A DNA stretch of 64,000 bases from Octopus sinensis (Eukaryota). Shown here one piece after another: positions 14,444 through 25,583 of the stretch (position 1 is the first letter of the stretch; every line of letters begins with the position of its first letter). The translations under genes were made by a program, and so were the position numbers. The stretch covers positions 31,062,001 to 31,126,000 of the forward strand of contig NC_042999.1 in NCBI RefSeq assembly GCF_006345805.1, read 5' to 3'. The notes below the pieces were generated by a model. The model did not search any database and was not told the origin of the DNA. It worked only from the letters and a program-made list of their open reading frames with translations.

Positions 14444-15854
14444 TGTTATATTTTTATCTCCGTCAATCGTCAAGTGATCATCATTTTGTATCTCTCTTTT
14501 ACTCTTTTTACTCTTTTTACTTGTTTCAGTCATTTGACTGCGGCCATGCTGGAGCACCGCTTTTAATCGAGGAACTCGACCCCGAGACTTATTCTTTGTA
14601 AGCCCGGTACTTATTCTATCGGTCTCTTTTGCCGAACCGCTAAGTTACGGGGACGTAAACACACCAGCATCGGTTGTCAAGCAATGCTAGGGGAACAAAC
14701 ACAGACACACAAACATATTCACACACACTTATATATATATATACATATATACGACAGGCTTCTTTCAGTTTCCGTCTACCAAATCCACTCACAAGGCATT
14801 GGTCGGCCCGGGGCTATAGCAGAAGACACGTGCCCAAGATGCCACGCAGTGGGACTGAACCCGGAACCATGTGGTTGGTTAGCAAGCTACTTACCAAACA
14901 GCCACTCCTGCGCCTCATTCTTTCGTAAAATATTTTATTTTATTGTGTATTTGCGATCAATCACATATATCCTCTTGGCCCTCTTACAGCAGAACATCGA
15001 AAATGTTACAGATGAAGGGAGTTACACCGGCACTTGGCTGGTAAACATTTTAGCTGACTAGACTGGAGTAACGTGACAAGAAGTGCCATGCTCAAGATAA
15101 AAGTACGTCACTCCAGGAATAGAATCTCGACTTTATGACCGTGACCCATATATACTAACCTCTGTCATGTCATAGACCTACATGTGTGTAGTGTGTATGG
15201 AAGAGCATGCATCTTTATAAACACTTATTTTATATGCAGAGGCTATGTAGATGAAGAAAAGAAAAGAAAAGCATATGAATAATTTTCATTTAAAATATTT
15301 AAATAAGCTAATGTTTTTGGTGAAGATACTCTTTTTCCATGAAGGTGCTGTCTTCATGTTTCCCTTGTCGTTTGATGTCTACATGTATTGGTGACTCACG
15401 AGCCACATGTGTGAAGTGTGACGGTGGTGTGTCAAAGTATTTTATGGGCTATGGCTCAAACTTCTGTAATGAAGTATAGGTTCTCAGTAAGTGGGTAATC
15501 CAAACTTGGAGAAAATGGGGTAAACAATTCCATTGTATAGGGGCTTGCAGAAACGAATTGATTAGCCAATGAGCTTTGTTCAGTTTTTGTCAGTGTTGTT
15601 AGCTTTTGTTATCTGATAAGGATGGATTTGTTCATAACATGTAACACCAATTCAGCATTTCGGTAGAAGTTATTTACAAACTTATTGGGGGTGTAAAGGG
15701 TAGATTTTATTCTATCTTATTAGGGGTGTAAGGATAGAGAGTAAGAAATGTGCGGATAAAATCTAATCTGTAAGTTTATTTCTTGTGTTCAATGATGTAA
15801 ATCTTTAGTAGGTGTCATAGTAGTACGATAATAATAATAATAATGATAATAATA

Positions 15855-15924
<70 letters not shown>

Positions 15925-16196
15925 TAATAATAATAATAATTCTTTCTGATAAAGGCCTGACATTTTTGGGGAGGGGGCTAGCGGATTACATCGACCCCAG
16001 TGTTTCACTGGTACTTAATTTATCGACCTCGAAAGGATGAAAATCAAAGTCGACCTCGGTGGAATTTGAACTATTAACGGAGCAACAGGCGAAATACCGC
16101 TAAGCACTTCGTCCGGCGCGCTAACGATTCTGGCAGCTCGCCTCCTAAGTATTGATAATAATTATAATAATGATGATGATGATGATGATGATGATG

Positions 16197-16252
<56 letters not shown>

Positions 16253-17524
16253 GATAATAATAATAATAAAAATAATAATAATAGTAAGGTGTGTATTTAC
16301 CTTTAAAGACATATGTGGCATCATCAGGTAACTTAGTAATGGCATCTATGGAAGCATCATGGCAAATAGGTGGTCCACTCATTCGGCCCTGTGTCGGCAA
16401 TGGGTCGGGAGGGCGCGGGTAAAACCGCGAATCTGACCGACTTCCTGTAGATAACAGAAGCAAAATAAAAAAGAGAATAACCATCATGAACTTTTTCGGC
16501 ATCAACGTCATCGCCATCGTCTTTCACTGAATTTTCATCTTCCTGGCAGAGGAAGATGAAAGTACGATGACTTATTGCACATTCAAAGTCAGTGTATGTG
16601 TGTTTGTGTGTGTGTCCCATTGTGCATGTGGATTTGGGTATGCGCGCGCGCGTTCGTGTGTATGCATGTGTGTGTGTGCGTGCATGTGTTGTGTGAGTGC
16701 GTGCACATACTGGCCAAGATTTCCAGTTGTTATACGTAGGAACCTACCATAGAGTTCTTGTACAGCAGCTATATCATCTCTGCTTAGTTTAAAATTTGGT
16801 TTATATCCTCGATAGAACGGTGCCATCAAAGCATCGTTGACATCAGAGTGAGCCAAACCGAGAGAGTGACCTATTTCATGCGCCGCCACTTGAAAGAGAT
16901 TAACCCCTGGAAATAGAAGAGTTCAACAGTTATTTTTCGCCTTAGAGAAGCAATACATATAGGATACATGGATGATGTAGACGTACAATTGAGAATGCAT
17001 AGTATCAAGTGAGAACATTAAAAATAGGAAAACAGATACACTTAGATTAACCTTTTACCTGACCCGTCTATCACAGGTGACGCACATATTTCTTTGGCGT
17101 CCATGCATCATATGTGATACATAATCCTAATTTTTTCAACCATCCGAGTAAGTAGATTTATATTTCTCAGATCATATGAATTAGGGGTAACTAAAGATCT
17201 GGAAGCAGGCATGGACGTTTTGGAAAAACTAATGAAAATGCTTTGGAAAGACACACGGTCAATGTAGTGAGCGTACCTACATGCAATAACCCTATGAACG
17301 TAGAAATATTTCAAGGATTTAACTGGATTATATTTTGGGGCAAAATTTTAACAAAGTGAAATGAAAATAGAAATAAATTTAAATATTGTAAAAATAATGT
17401 ATAAATGAATATAAATAACTTAAACGATATGACATGGTAATACACACGCATGCACATATAATACGAGGTGAATATATACATTAAAATGGAACGTAAAGGA
17501 ATACATATATGTATGTATATATAT

Positions 17525-17592
<68 letters not shown>

Positions 17593-20500
17593 TAAATGTA
17601 ATATGAGACAATTATTCAGTAGCCTTGATAAAACTCCGTCTTTCGGATGCCAAGGTGGAAATCCACGCCGCTATCTCTTCAGTTATCTGGCCAAGAGATA
17701 GCGGCGTGGATTACCACCTCGGCATCCGAAACTCGGAGTTTTATCATGGCTACCAAATAATTGTCACATATTACATTTACAGATAAATTTCTCTATTTAC
17801 ATAATATCGAAGTCTCTTTCTTTCTTTTGTTGTCTTACAATTTTATCAATATATATATACACTAAATTAAACATGTGCGTATTTGTATGTGTGTGTGTGT
17901 GTGTGTACGTATCCTGGAACCGATGTTTGTAAGAAAAATTGTATAAAATATTATAATTAACACATCGTCATCTGTATCTGTACGTTGCAGTGAACAGTAT
18001 GAGAGCATTATTTCTTTCTGTATATGTAGGCTATGCAACAATTTGGAAAACTACAGGATCCTTCGGAGATGAAGTAAAAGTTAAAGAAAATGGAAATACC
18101 ATCTCTGCATGCGCTCAGTTTATATACTCGAAAGTGTTCAGCTTCAATAGCTGTACAAGAATAATTATATTCAGAAAAAAATCTAACTTTGTATTGGAAA
18201 TAGAAGTATGTATATATTTCTAAGGTATTTTTTAGACTGTTAAGGTAAGAATATCGCCTTCATCAATACGAAGTATTAATAATATTCTTTAGTCATCTAA
18301 ACTGACCTTATTGTATTACGGTTATAATATGCAATAATGAATGTATAAAATTATTTCTTCTTGCAAGAGCTTAGCAACAGCTTCAATGAAATTAAAATAA
18401 GATTCAGTCATTCAGTATGAATATCGCGAGGTGTCAACCGAGGAGGGCAGAGCTCTGTTTAGCAGGGATTTTATGGCCTAAGAAGGATCTGGAATTAATA
18501 TTGATATAGTCTGATCTTGTGGATTATGTATAATAGTAGAATTATTACATTTAAGTCTATATAGAAATATTCTATTTATAGTTTCGCTATCTTCTTTTCT
18601 TTTGATCTCAGAATTTTGCGCCTGTCATTAGTAACAAAAAGAGAGAACATTGCAGATTTGTTTGTATCGATCATCATTAAAAGAGAAATAGCTTTACAAA
18701 TGATTCTATGAATCCAAATTTTTAAAACCGCATTTGCCGAATATTCATCCTATATCCAATGGAAACGACAATAGCCTTTTTGAATATTATGAAAATGCTC
18801 TGAAAAAGCTTGAACTGAAATCAGCAGGGACGTTTCAAGAACTGACCCAAGAGATCATTTAGGCTTCACTTATTGTGACACTGAGAATACAAAAGTTAGA
18901 GAATATGGCATAAAACAGAAATTTTAGTCAACTCATGTGCTTCCAAAATGGTAGAAAGTGTTATCAGAATTGGAACATAGAAACATAGCTTGTAGCGGTT
19001 TCACTACCATACAAAAATAGTAGTGTTCGAATAGTAGACGTTCAAATTGTGAAGGATTTTTCTTTTTCTGTTTTTGTCAAATCAAGTTATGCATTCACTG
19101 ATGTGGCATTGTATTTCCCGTTGCTCAAACTTGATTAAAATGTTCAATTCGGGCCATCTAAACAGGATTTTCTCTTGTATATCTTTGAAACATCTAGTAA
19201 AACTTTTGATGATTTTGAAAAATGTTTTATCTTTGGTAGGCGGTGGTTAGACAATTCGTTGTACAATAGAGTCTATCAGTGTAGTTAAGACGCACTACTG
19301 TGTTGGGAACAAGTCTAGCTCCAAACGTCCGTGTTGGGAAAAAGCTAGCTCCAAAATTAGAAGACAATCATTGTATAATCTATTGTCAGATAATAGATTC
19401 TGTGTCACCAGAAAAAAAGATTTGGATTAAAAAGATCAAATCGTGAGTTTTGTCAAATAACGTACTCTCAGCTTTGAGAGGAGAGCAGGACAAGAAGTCA
19501 CTTCTATACGATTCAAATATTGCAAGTCTTTCGAGAAGAAATGTAACCAAGCGTGTATTTGAATCTGAATATGATGAACTCATTTTATATTTTGAAGTAC
19601 AGGGTGTGGCGGAATTATTTGCTTGGCTGAATGATGAGGAGGGATCATGCACCTTGCCAATTTCTTTCATATTTATGAGCCGCTGAACAAATTGAATCTT
19701 CAGATGCAAGGAAGGAATACAAACATGAAACAATTTATTGATTCATTGAATGCCCCAAGGGCAAACTGGATAGCTGGAAAAGGAAAGTCAATATAAAGAA
19801 TATCTGAGAAATTGTCATCAAACTTTGATGGTGGCATTGAAAGCCAAGTATTTTCAAAATTATAAAAAAATTATTTGCAGCAAAATACATTTATTTAGCC
19901 GCCGAGGAAATGGATTTAGTGTAAAATCCATTAAAATTGTCACTTGAAAAGTTGCTTATGACTGTCAAGATGAATTTCTATAATTGAAGAATGTTTCAGG
20001 AGCAAAAGATTATGTTCGATTAGAAATGCATCATAGGAGATTGACGCTTGATGTGCGATTCCTATCGAGAACGGAAGTTGCATTTTCATTGCTTCCATTT
20101 GTGCCAACATATCTTTGTGAGTCAGATTCTTTAAGTCTGTTGCAAATGGGAACGAGGCTACATAGTAGATTAGAAATTGAAAATGAATTGTATTGTGCCC
20201 TTTAAAGAATTTTTCCACAGCTCCAGTAAATGGCAAAGTAAAAAGAAAACAAAAACTCATAGGATTCCCATTCACTGCTATTTTTATGAGATGAAAATAA
20301 ATTACAATAGCCAGGTTTTCTATTGAACATTTTGTATATTGAAGTAAAACGTAGCATGTAGTCTGTGAAATAATTAGCTACGAATATAATAAATATTTTA
20401 TTGAATTTTTGAAATCTATCAGCATTCCTTTATTACTAGATCGGCATTATAAAAATATCCCAAATAATCTATATGAACTTAATATAGAAAACTAAAGATT

Positions 20501-20971
20501 TCCAGTATTATATGTATATTATTTCGAATGCAAATTTTGATTCAGACAATATTGAAAAGCAGAGAATATAATTTTGAAAAATGAAAAATACGAGAAACAA
20601 CGCCAGGAGACGATGGTTGAGAAATAATTCACTTGCTCTTTTTCTCATCCTTCACACACACACGCACACACACACACAGAGGTGAGCACGTAAGTACAAT
20701 GTTACTCAGCGTTTCACGTTCCTGTTCGTCGAGACAGTTCAGGTACCTGAACAATCTTAATTCGTTATTTACATTATTTACATTTGAAGAAAATTTTGTC
20801 CTCATCTCGTTCCTTGTTAACACAACGTTTCGGCTGATATACCCTCCAGCCTTCATCAGGTGTCTTTGAGAAATTTTGGACCTGGTATTTTTCGATGTTA
20901 TTATTATTATTATTATTACTATTATTATTATATTATTATTATTACTATTATTATTATTATTATTATTACTA

Positions 20972-21002
<31 letters not shown>

Positions 21003-23441
21003 TATCAGGTCACTGCTTGGAATCGAAATCGGAATCATGGGGTTAATAACCCACGCTCTTAATCACTACACCATATGCCCACGGGCATATGGTGTAGTGT
21101 ATAAGCAAACGACGTAACGTATACTAAATGTAAGAACGAACGGAAGCCAAACAGAATTTTTCATAATTCTTCATCAGTCATCGACGAATATTTCTGCCGT
21201 AAATCACACTCTGTGTCAATTTGCTTCTTCCGTTTCGCTCTTGTCCCTAATTCAACGCAAGCAAAGTGTTTCTTTTGCCGCCACCGCCAATGGGGAAGCA
21301 CTCAGTCTTATGTTTTAAGGCGCGAAACTGAACAGTGCCATTGGTCGATAACTGATGAAGAATTATAGACATTCATTTGTCTCCCATTCGTTTTTACATT
21401 CAGTCATTTGTTTACACAACTTTTCATTTATCAGGTATTGGAACGCAACAAACACAGTAATTGTTTTAACAACTAAGTTTTATTTTATATATCCGTGTGA
21501 TTCTCTCTTTCTCTCTTTTGCCTTTATTCTTTCTCCTTTTCTTTCTCTCACCCTTTCACTTCTGTTCTAGCCTTTCTACCAAGTCCTTCTCTCCCTCTCT
21601 CCCTCTTGTATTCCTATCCTTTCTACTTACTCCTCTCTCTCCCTCTTGCATTCCTAGCCTTTCTACTTACTCCTTTCTCTCCTTCTTGTATTCCTAGCCT
21701 TTCTACTTACTCCTTTCTCTCCTTCTTGTATTCCTATCCTTTCTACTTACTCCTTTCTCTCCTTCTTGTATTCCTATCCTTTCTCCTTACTCCTCTCTCT
21801 CTCTCTTGTATTCCTAGCCTTTCTCCTTCCTTTCATCCATTTCTCCCTTCTTTTCTCTGTCGTTTCCTCTCTCTACAGTTTTTCTCCTCTTCCTGCTGCT
21901 GTCATGTGACCAGCGACCACTTTCTCTTTTTCTTCCTTTCTTAGAATGGTCCTTTAGCTGACCAGTCATAAATTCCATCTCTCCGTTCTTCATCCTTCAA
22001 AACTTTCGAAGTCTTACCCACTATTCTCCTTGGCCCCAAGGTCGTATTTTGTTCGACTGTTTGTCCTCTGCCACCCTTCTAAATCACACTCTGTGTCATT
22101 TTGCTTGTTTTGTTTTGCTCATCCCTAATTCTACACAAGAAAACATTTTTTGCGGGCACCGCCAACTGGGAAGTACCCAGTCTTATCGTTAAAGGTGCGA
22201 AACTGAATATTATCATTGGTCGATAACTGATGAAGAATTATATATATATATAAAACATGGGTAGCAATTTCTCAGTACCAGTATCTATATGTGCGTATAT
22301 CACTTGATCTAATTTAACGTAAAATTTAACATAATATAGGTTATGAATTTATTAAATTTCTAAATCTTTATTATCCTACAAATATGTTAAATACACTGTT
22401 AAAATAGGATATTATCATTATATTATTTTGAAAAATAATTTGCTAAAATAGTAATGCCAATTTGTTGAAAAACGTTTATAAAAAATGTCGCCTTGTTAAA
22501 AATACCATGTTACAAATGTAACATTAAATAATAGTTTAAATAACCATTTTTCACTGCATTGTTATAAGATAGCAGTGCGTTAAAGCTATTTTTAAAATAG
22601 AATGTTTTCTTAACAGTAATTCAGTAGTACCTTGCTAAAAACGTATTGCTTTCTTAAAATGATACGGTAAAAAATTGTTATAATCTTCAAAGTATATTAT
22701 TAAAATTTTGTTAAAAGTGTAGAAGATATATTATATTCAACTTACAAATAGTAGTTTAAGTTTAGTATATTAAAGTATGTTAAAAATGTAGTACTTTGCT
22801 AAAATTATTATGGTAAAAATATTAAAACTATTCGGTTAACATATGTTAACATATAACAAAAGCTAAAATAAATCATTATATCAAAATTAATCTAAAAATG
22901 CATTACAATGTGTGTGGTTAAAGATATGTTAAACAGGTTTTGAAAAACTATAATATGTTAAAATTATTAGATTAAAACAATATTGCTATGTCAACATACA
23001 TTACTAATATGATGTTAAAATACACAACAGTTCTATATAGAAATATTTTGAAAGAAACTTCCAAGAAATGCCTCGTTATGTTAAAAATATTACCGTAACG
23101 ATATATTGTTTGAAAGACATTGTGTCTTAATAGCCATGTTAAAGTATATTATGTTTAAAATATTTCTTGAAAAATATAATCGTTAGAAAATTATTGAAGA
23201 TTGATCGAAAAAACAAAACTGGAAAGCGGTTGTTACCTTTCCAGCTGTCAACAGACCAAGGTTCGGAATCATCAAAATGTGCATCACCACCAAACTCAGG
23301 AAAGAAAGCGTGAGCTAATGTTCCTCCGATTCCATCAAACGGATGACGATCCCCGTGTTCATGAGACGCAAACATTACATCGATATCTGTATCCCTGTTA
23401 ACCAACTGTTTGAAGGTCAAAGATGTGACATCACTCCAAAC
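2740..23441 (-). CDS. MMP: Matrix metalloproteinase (M10A), 5'-partial, 7 exons: join(23237-23441,16748-16906,16301-16444,13095-13231,10250-10391,5299-5471,2740-3018); probably GPI/membrane-anchored
   Basis: Exon lengths 205+159+144+137+142+173+279=1239 nt give 412 aa plus stop. All introns are GT-AG and phases match (1,1,1,0,1,0). Motifs: [45 protein letters not shown] Met-turn, four hemopexin repeats bracketed by PPIC and WWLGC. Orthology to a numbered MMP is not determinable by eye. Confidence 0.96.
3110..3568. mobile_element. hAT-type MITE with a nested retroposed fragment
   Basis: Ends CAGTGGTTCT...AGAACCACTG; body resembles 24149-24386 but with about 210 extra bp ending in (AAC)n. Confidence 0.7.
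3870..4260 (-). mobile_element. Degenerate tRNA-derived SINE, family A
   Basis: Diverged match to the family A copies at 14495, 31094, 34333, 39111 and 59190. Confidence 0.65.
4795..5075 (+). mobile_element. Degenerate tRNA-derived SINE with conserved central domain
   Basis: tRNA-like head (gtttcaattccc B-box relic) followed by ttgagcaaaacactt core, as in 28701-29026 and 51285-51558. Confidence 0.55.
5299..5471 (-). CDS. MMP: MMP exon, hemopexin blades 3-4 (absent from the ORF track)
   Basis: Acceptor aaacag, donor AGA|gtaagt; [57 protein letters not shown]. Confidence 0.95.
5560..6960 (-). mobile_element. Merlin/ISXO2(IS1595)-like DNA transposon relic with long imperfect inverted ends
   Basis: Minus-strand translation about 5990-6488: EDDAI...[32 protein letters not shown]...[13 protein letters not shown], then frameshifted RKY..PKQ.VFGGV. 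Inverted segments tttcaaagttggtgta (~5617) and tacaccaactttgaaa (~6892). Confidence 0.65.
7480..8220. mobile_element. Non-autonomous relative of the 5560-6960 element
   Basis: Shares diverged terminal blocks (aagctg.cattttgtgc; ttgttactat..aaacag; attggctaaa; tacaccaa) with 5560-6960. Confidence 0.5.
9348..9762. mobile_element. MITE with about 30-bp terminal inverted repeats
   Basis: Left AAGTTAAAATTTATGACCGGTCATAAAGTGA; reverse complement of right end AAGTTAAAATTTATGGCCGGTCAAAGTGA; no ORF. Confidence 0.75.
10250..10391 (-). CDS. MMP: MMP exon, hemopexin blades 2-3 (absent from the ORF track)
   Basis: Acceptor ttttttcaatag, donor G|gtatat; [48 protein letters not shown]. Confidence 0.95.
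13095..13231 (-). CDS. MMP: MMP exon, hemopexin blades 1-2 (absent from the ORF track)
   Basis: Acceptor atatttcag, donor AAG|gtaagc; [45 protein letters not shown]. Confidence 0.95.
14495..14915 (-). mobile_element. tRNA-derived SINE family A, full length
   Basis: Head AGGCGCAGGAGTGGCTGTTTGGTAAG, B-box GGGTTCAGTCCC, internal TA/TG microsatellite, (GAGTAAAA)n tail. Confidence 0.9.
15829..16145 (-). mobile_element. tRNA-derived SINE family B with (TTA)n tail
   Basis: GGCGAGCTGCCAGAATCGTTAGC head, AGTTCAAATTCC B-box; matches 45582-46014 and 54585-54817. Confidence 0.8.
16301..16444 (-). CDS. MMP: MMP exon, hinge and start of hemopexin blade 1
   Basis: Acceptor ttatctacag, donor G|gtaaat; [48 protein letters not shown]. 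Confidence 0.94.
16748..16906 (-). CDS. MMP: MMP exon, catalytic zinc site ([19 protein letters not shown]...QELYG)
   Basis: Acceptor tctatttccag, donor G|gtaggt; HExxHxxGxxH plus Met-turn. Confidence 0.97.
17592..17780. repeat. About 88-bp inverted duplication, Penelope-like terminus with hammerhead relic
   Basis: Arms 17592-17679 and 17693-17780 are nearly perfect complements; CTGAAGA on minus at 17676-17682; GAAACTCGGAGTT in right arm. Confidence 0.75.
19360..20330 (+). mobile_element. hAT (Charlie/Buster-like) transposase pseudogene
   Basis: HCII relic at ~19370, [13 protein letters not shown] (cf. RWLSRGxVLxRxFE), [18 protein letters not shown]-terminal [12 protein letters not shown]...[12 protein letters not shown] dimerisation motif; frameshifts and stops. 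Confidence 0.8.
20700..21099 (-). mobile_element. Composite element: tRNA-like Pol III head + (TAA)n + Penelope-type hammerhead segment, with inverted 5' extension
   Basis: Minus strand GGGCATATGGTGTAGTGATTAAGAGC (A-box)...GATTTCGATTCC (B-box-like), (TAA)n 20898-21003, hammerhead 20819-20864; 17-bp perfect foldback 21064-21099. Confidence 0.75.
20819..20864 (-). ncRNA. Minimal type I hammerhead ribozyme (canonical core)
   Basis: GACAC CUGAUGA A GGCUG gaggguauau CAGCC GAAAC GUU GUGUU: 5-bp stem I, 5-bp stem II, palindromic AACGUU stem III. Confidence 0.8.
21163..21366. mobile_element. About 205-bp MITE with 23-bp TIRs; truncated second copy at about 22080-22240
   Basis: ATAATTCTTCATCAGTCATCGAC...GTCGATAACTGATGAAGAATTAT; the right 160 bp recur, diverged, at 22080-22240. 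Confidence 0.7.
21560..21830. repeat. 40-bp pyrimidine-rich minisatellite, about 6 copies
   Basis: Unit TTCTACTTACTCCTTTCTCTCCTTCTTGTATTCCTAGCCT at 21621, 21661, 21701, 21741 and 21781. Confidence 0.9.
23237..23441 (-). CDS. MMP: MMP exon, catalytic domain N-half ([10 protein letters not shown]...DSWKG)
   Basis: Acceptor ttttacacag, donor G|gtaaca; carries the structural Zn/Ca ligand motifs HGD, PFDG, LAHAF, DAHFDD. Confidence 0.96.
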
Positions 23442-24148
23442 CTGTGTAAAAGAAATACGAAAATACATTAAAGTGACATATTTAATATATGTTATATTAT
23501 TAGATATAGCGACCTCCTTCACATCTCATTGAATTCGTACTCCACTCTCTTAAAAAAGGTGGGAAGACGTTGGAAAATATAGACTGGAAATAATTTGAAT
23601 ATAGTAGACATATTGTACATGAAAGTTTGAGGGCCAGCGCAGGAATTAATTTAATCATGGCTCTGCTCCTTCAGAGCTGATTTAGAATTAGATAGCAATA
23701 CCAGTATAACACGTTTATGATTTGAAGAGAGTTGCACTGATATTTAACAGAGCGGCAGTTTATCGCTCATAGAATGCTGAAATGCAACAATTAAAACTAC
23801 ATAGGAACAATAAACAAAAGAGCGATACAAGTTAGTGCTAGGCGCACGTTAAATAATGCTATTTCATTCAACTTAGATGGGTATTATAAAATGATGTACA
23901 CATTACTGAGAAGGAAATCGAAGATATAAGACAAAATGTAGCCATAAAACCAATGTAAGGAAACTGATTATAAAATTTTAAAATATCTATCACAGAACAT
24001 AAAAAAAACTCATACAAATGAATAAGAACTAAAAAGGAAATAAAATAACCAAACCGGACACTTAACAGATAATTATCCACAAGCTAATGAATGCATCACA
24101 ACCGAATTCACAAAACGAAAACGCCACTCAAAGTAAACGACATAGAAT

Positions 24149-24386
24149 TAGTGGTTCTCAATAATTTCTTGCCTCTGGAACCCTCCGATTTCTATTTTAC
24201 TCTACTGGACCTTCGAAGCCATTCGATGTATATAAAAAAATCTTACTGTATTTTCGTAATTAAATATCATTAGGAATTGAATTAATAAAATTTAAATATT
24301 TAGTGTATTGCAAGCAAATAAATTTTAAAAATAAAATCTTATAATGGACCCTCAAGGAACTTATGGACTTCGGTCCAGAACCACTG
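24149..24386. mobile_element. hAT-type MITE
   Basis: TAGTGGTTCT...AGAACCACTG termini; body homologous to 3110-3568. Confidence 0.65.
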
Positions 24387-25493
24387 ATCTAAATGGTCAA
24401 TCTGTTTGCGAGAAAGGAATACCAGCCAAAATCCCTTCAAATCGCAAGATACCGGTCTGTCTTCAACAAACTAAGATATATTAAAAAATGTAATCTTATA
24501 TATACTGGCTCTGGCAATGTCTCAATGTTCGTGCTTGTAGCCGAAGAGAGATTCATTAAGTCATACGTCGGACCTGCTGAGCACAACAAAATAAGATTAT
24601 ATACTCAGAAAGAAGAATGAGCAACACTAAAGGAATAAATATCATGGAAGGCCCCTTGGGAGTAAACATCTAAATGCACAACCCCAACAAGAATATACAT
24701 TCTTCTACACACTATACATGAAACGCTGTTCCACACAAAGAGTGAAAAGAATATATAGAACTTGTAAGAAAGTCTGTCCATAGACAAAATCTACCCAAAT
24801 ATCAGTATGCCAAGTGATCAAATCTAAGCAAGGGTCACCAGGTTTGATCTTAATGTAGCCAGATGCTCATTAACGAAATCTTATTGAAATATGTCGGAAG
24901 AAATGTTACATAAAATTTTAAAATACAACAGTCTCATTTATCATTAGTCAACAAAGGAGCAAAGAATTGTTCTTAAGATGAAAAATAAAAAAAAATTGAG
25001 AGTAAGAAAAACCAACCAAATAAATGAAGCGGAGAGAATGTGCATTAAATATTTTAAAGAGGAAAAGTAACGAAATGATATATTTTTGTCAAATTGGAAA
25101 GTTTTAGTATAAAAAAGAGGCCTTCTTTCTCAAAGGATAAGATAAGACTGATAAAAAAAAAGTAAGAAAACATTCTGGAAGTGAAAGAAAGGTTTCTATA
25201 AACCTATAAGCCATTTCAATAAGAGTATGCACTTCGGAAAAATTGAGCTCATTTTTCATGGGAATAAAGTATTTGAATGAAATAGCAAACGTGTTAGCAA
25301 GTAATTTAACACAATCAATTTAAAGCCTAAAACCAGATGATAGTACTACAGTGCTTTTCATATTTCTTCTGCGCTTTGCTTCACCGCGAAGATAGAACGT
25401 TGCATAATTATATACAAAACTATTTTTACATACAAAATCTATTACAATGCTATAGGGAAAAGTTACTTCGTATATTTTACATTGCTGTCACAT

Positions 25494-25583
<90 letters not shown>

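Noticed and set aside
21010-21080. tRNA genes at SINE heads (also 29026, 44363, 51558)
   Set aside because: A/B boxes are present but acceptor stems are incomplete and SINE bodies follow directly
21320-21366. Possible type II hammerhead (GAAAC...CUGAUGA), also at 22195-22240
   Set aside because: Stem II cannot form and the cleavage triplet is wrong; CTGATGA is part of the MITE TIR
21560-21830. CRISPR-like regular repeat
   Set aside because: Tandem units with no unique spacers, eukaryotic context, no cas genes
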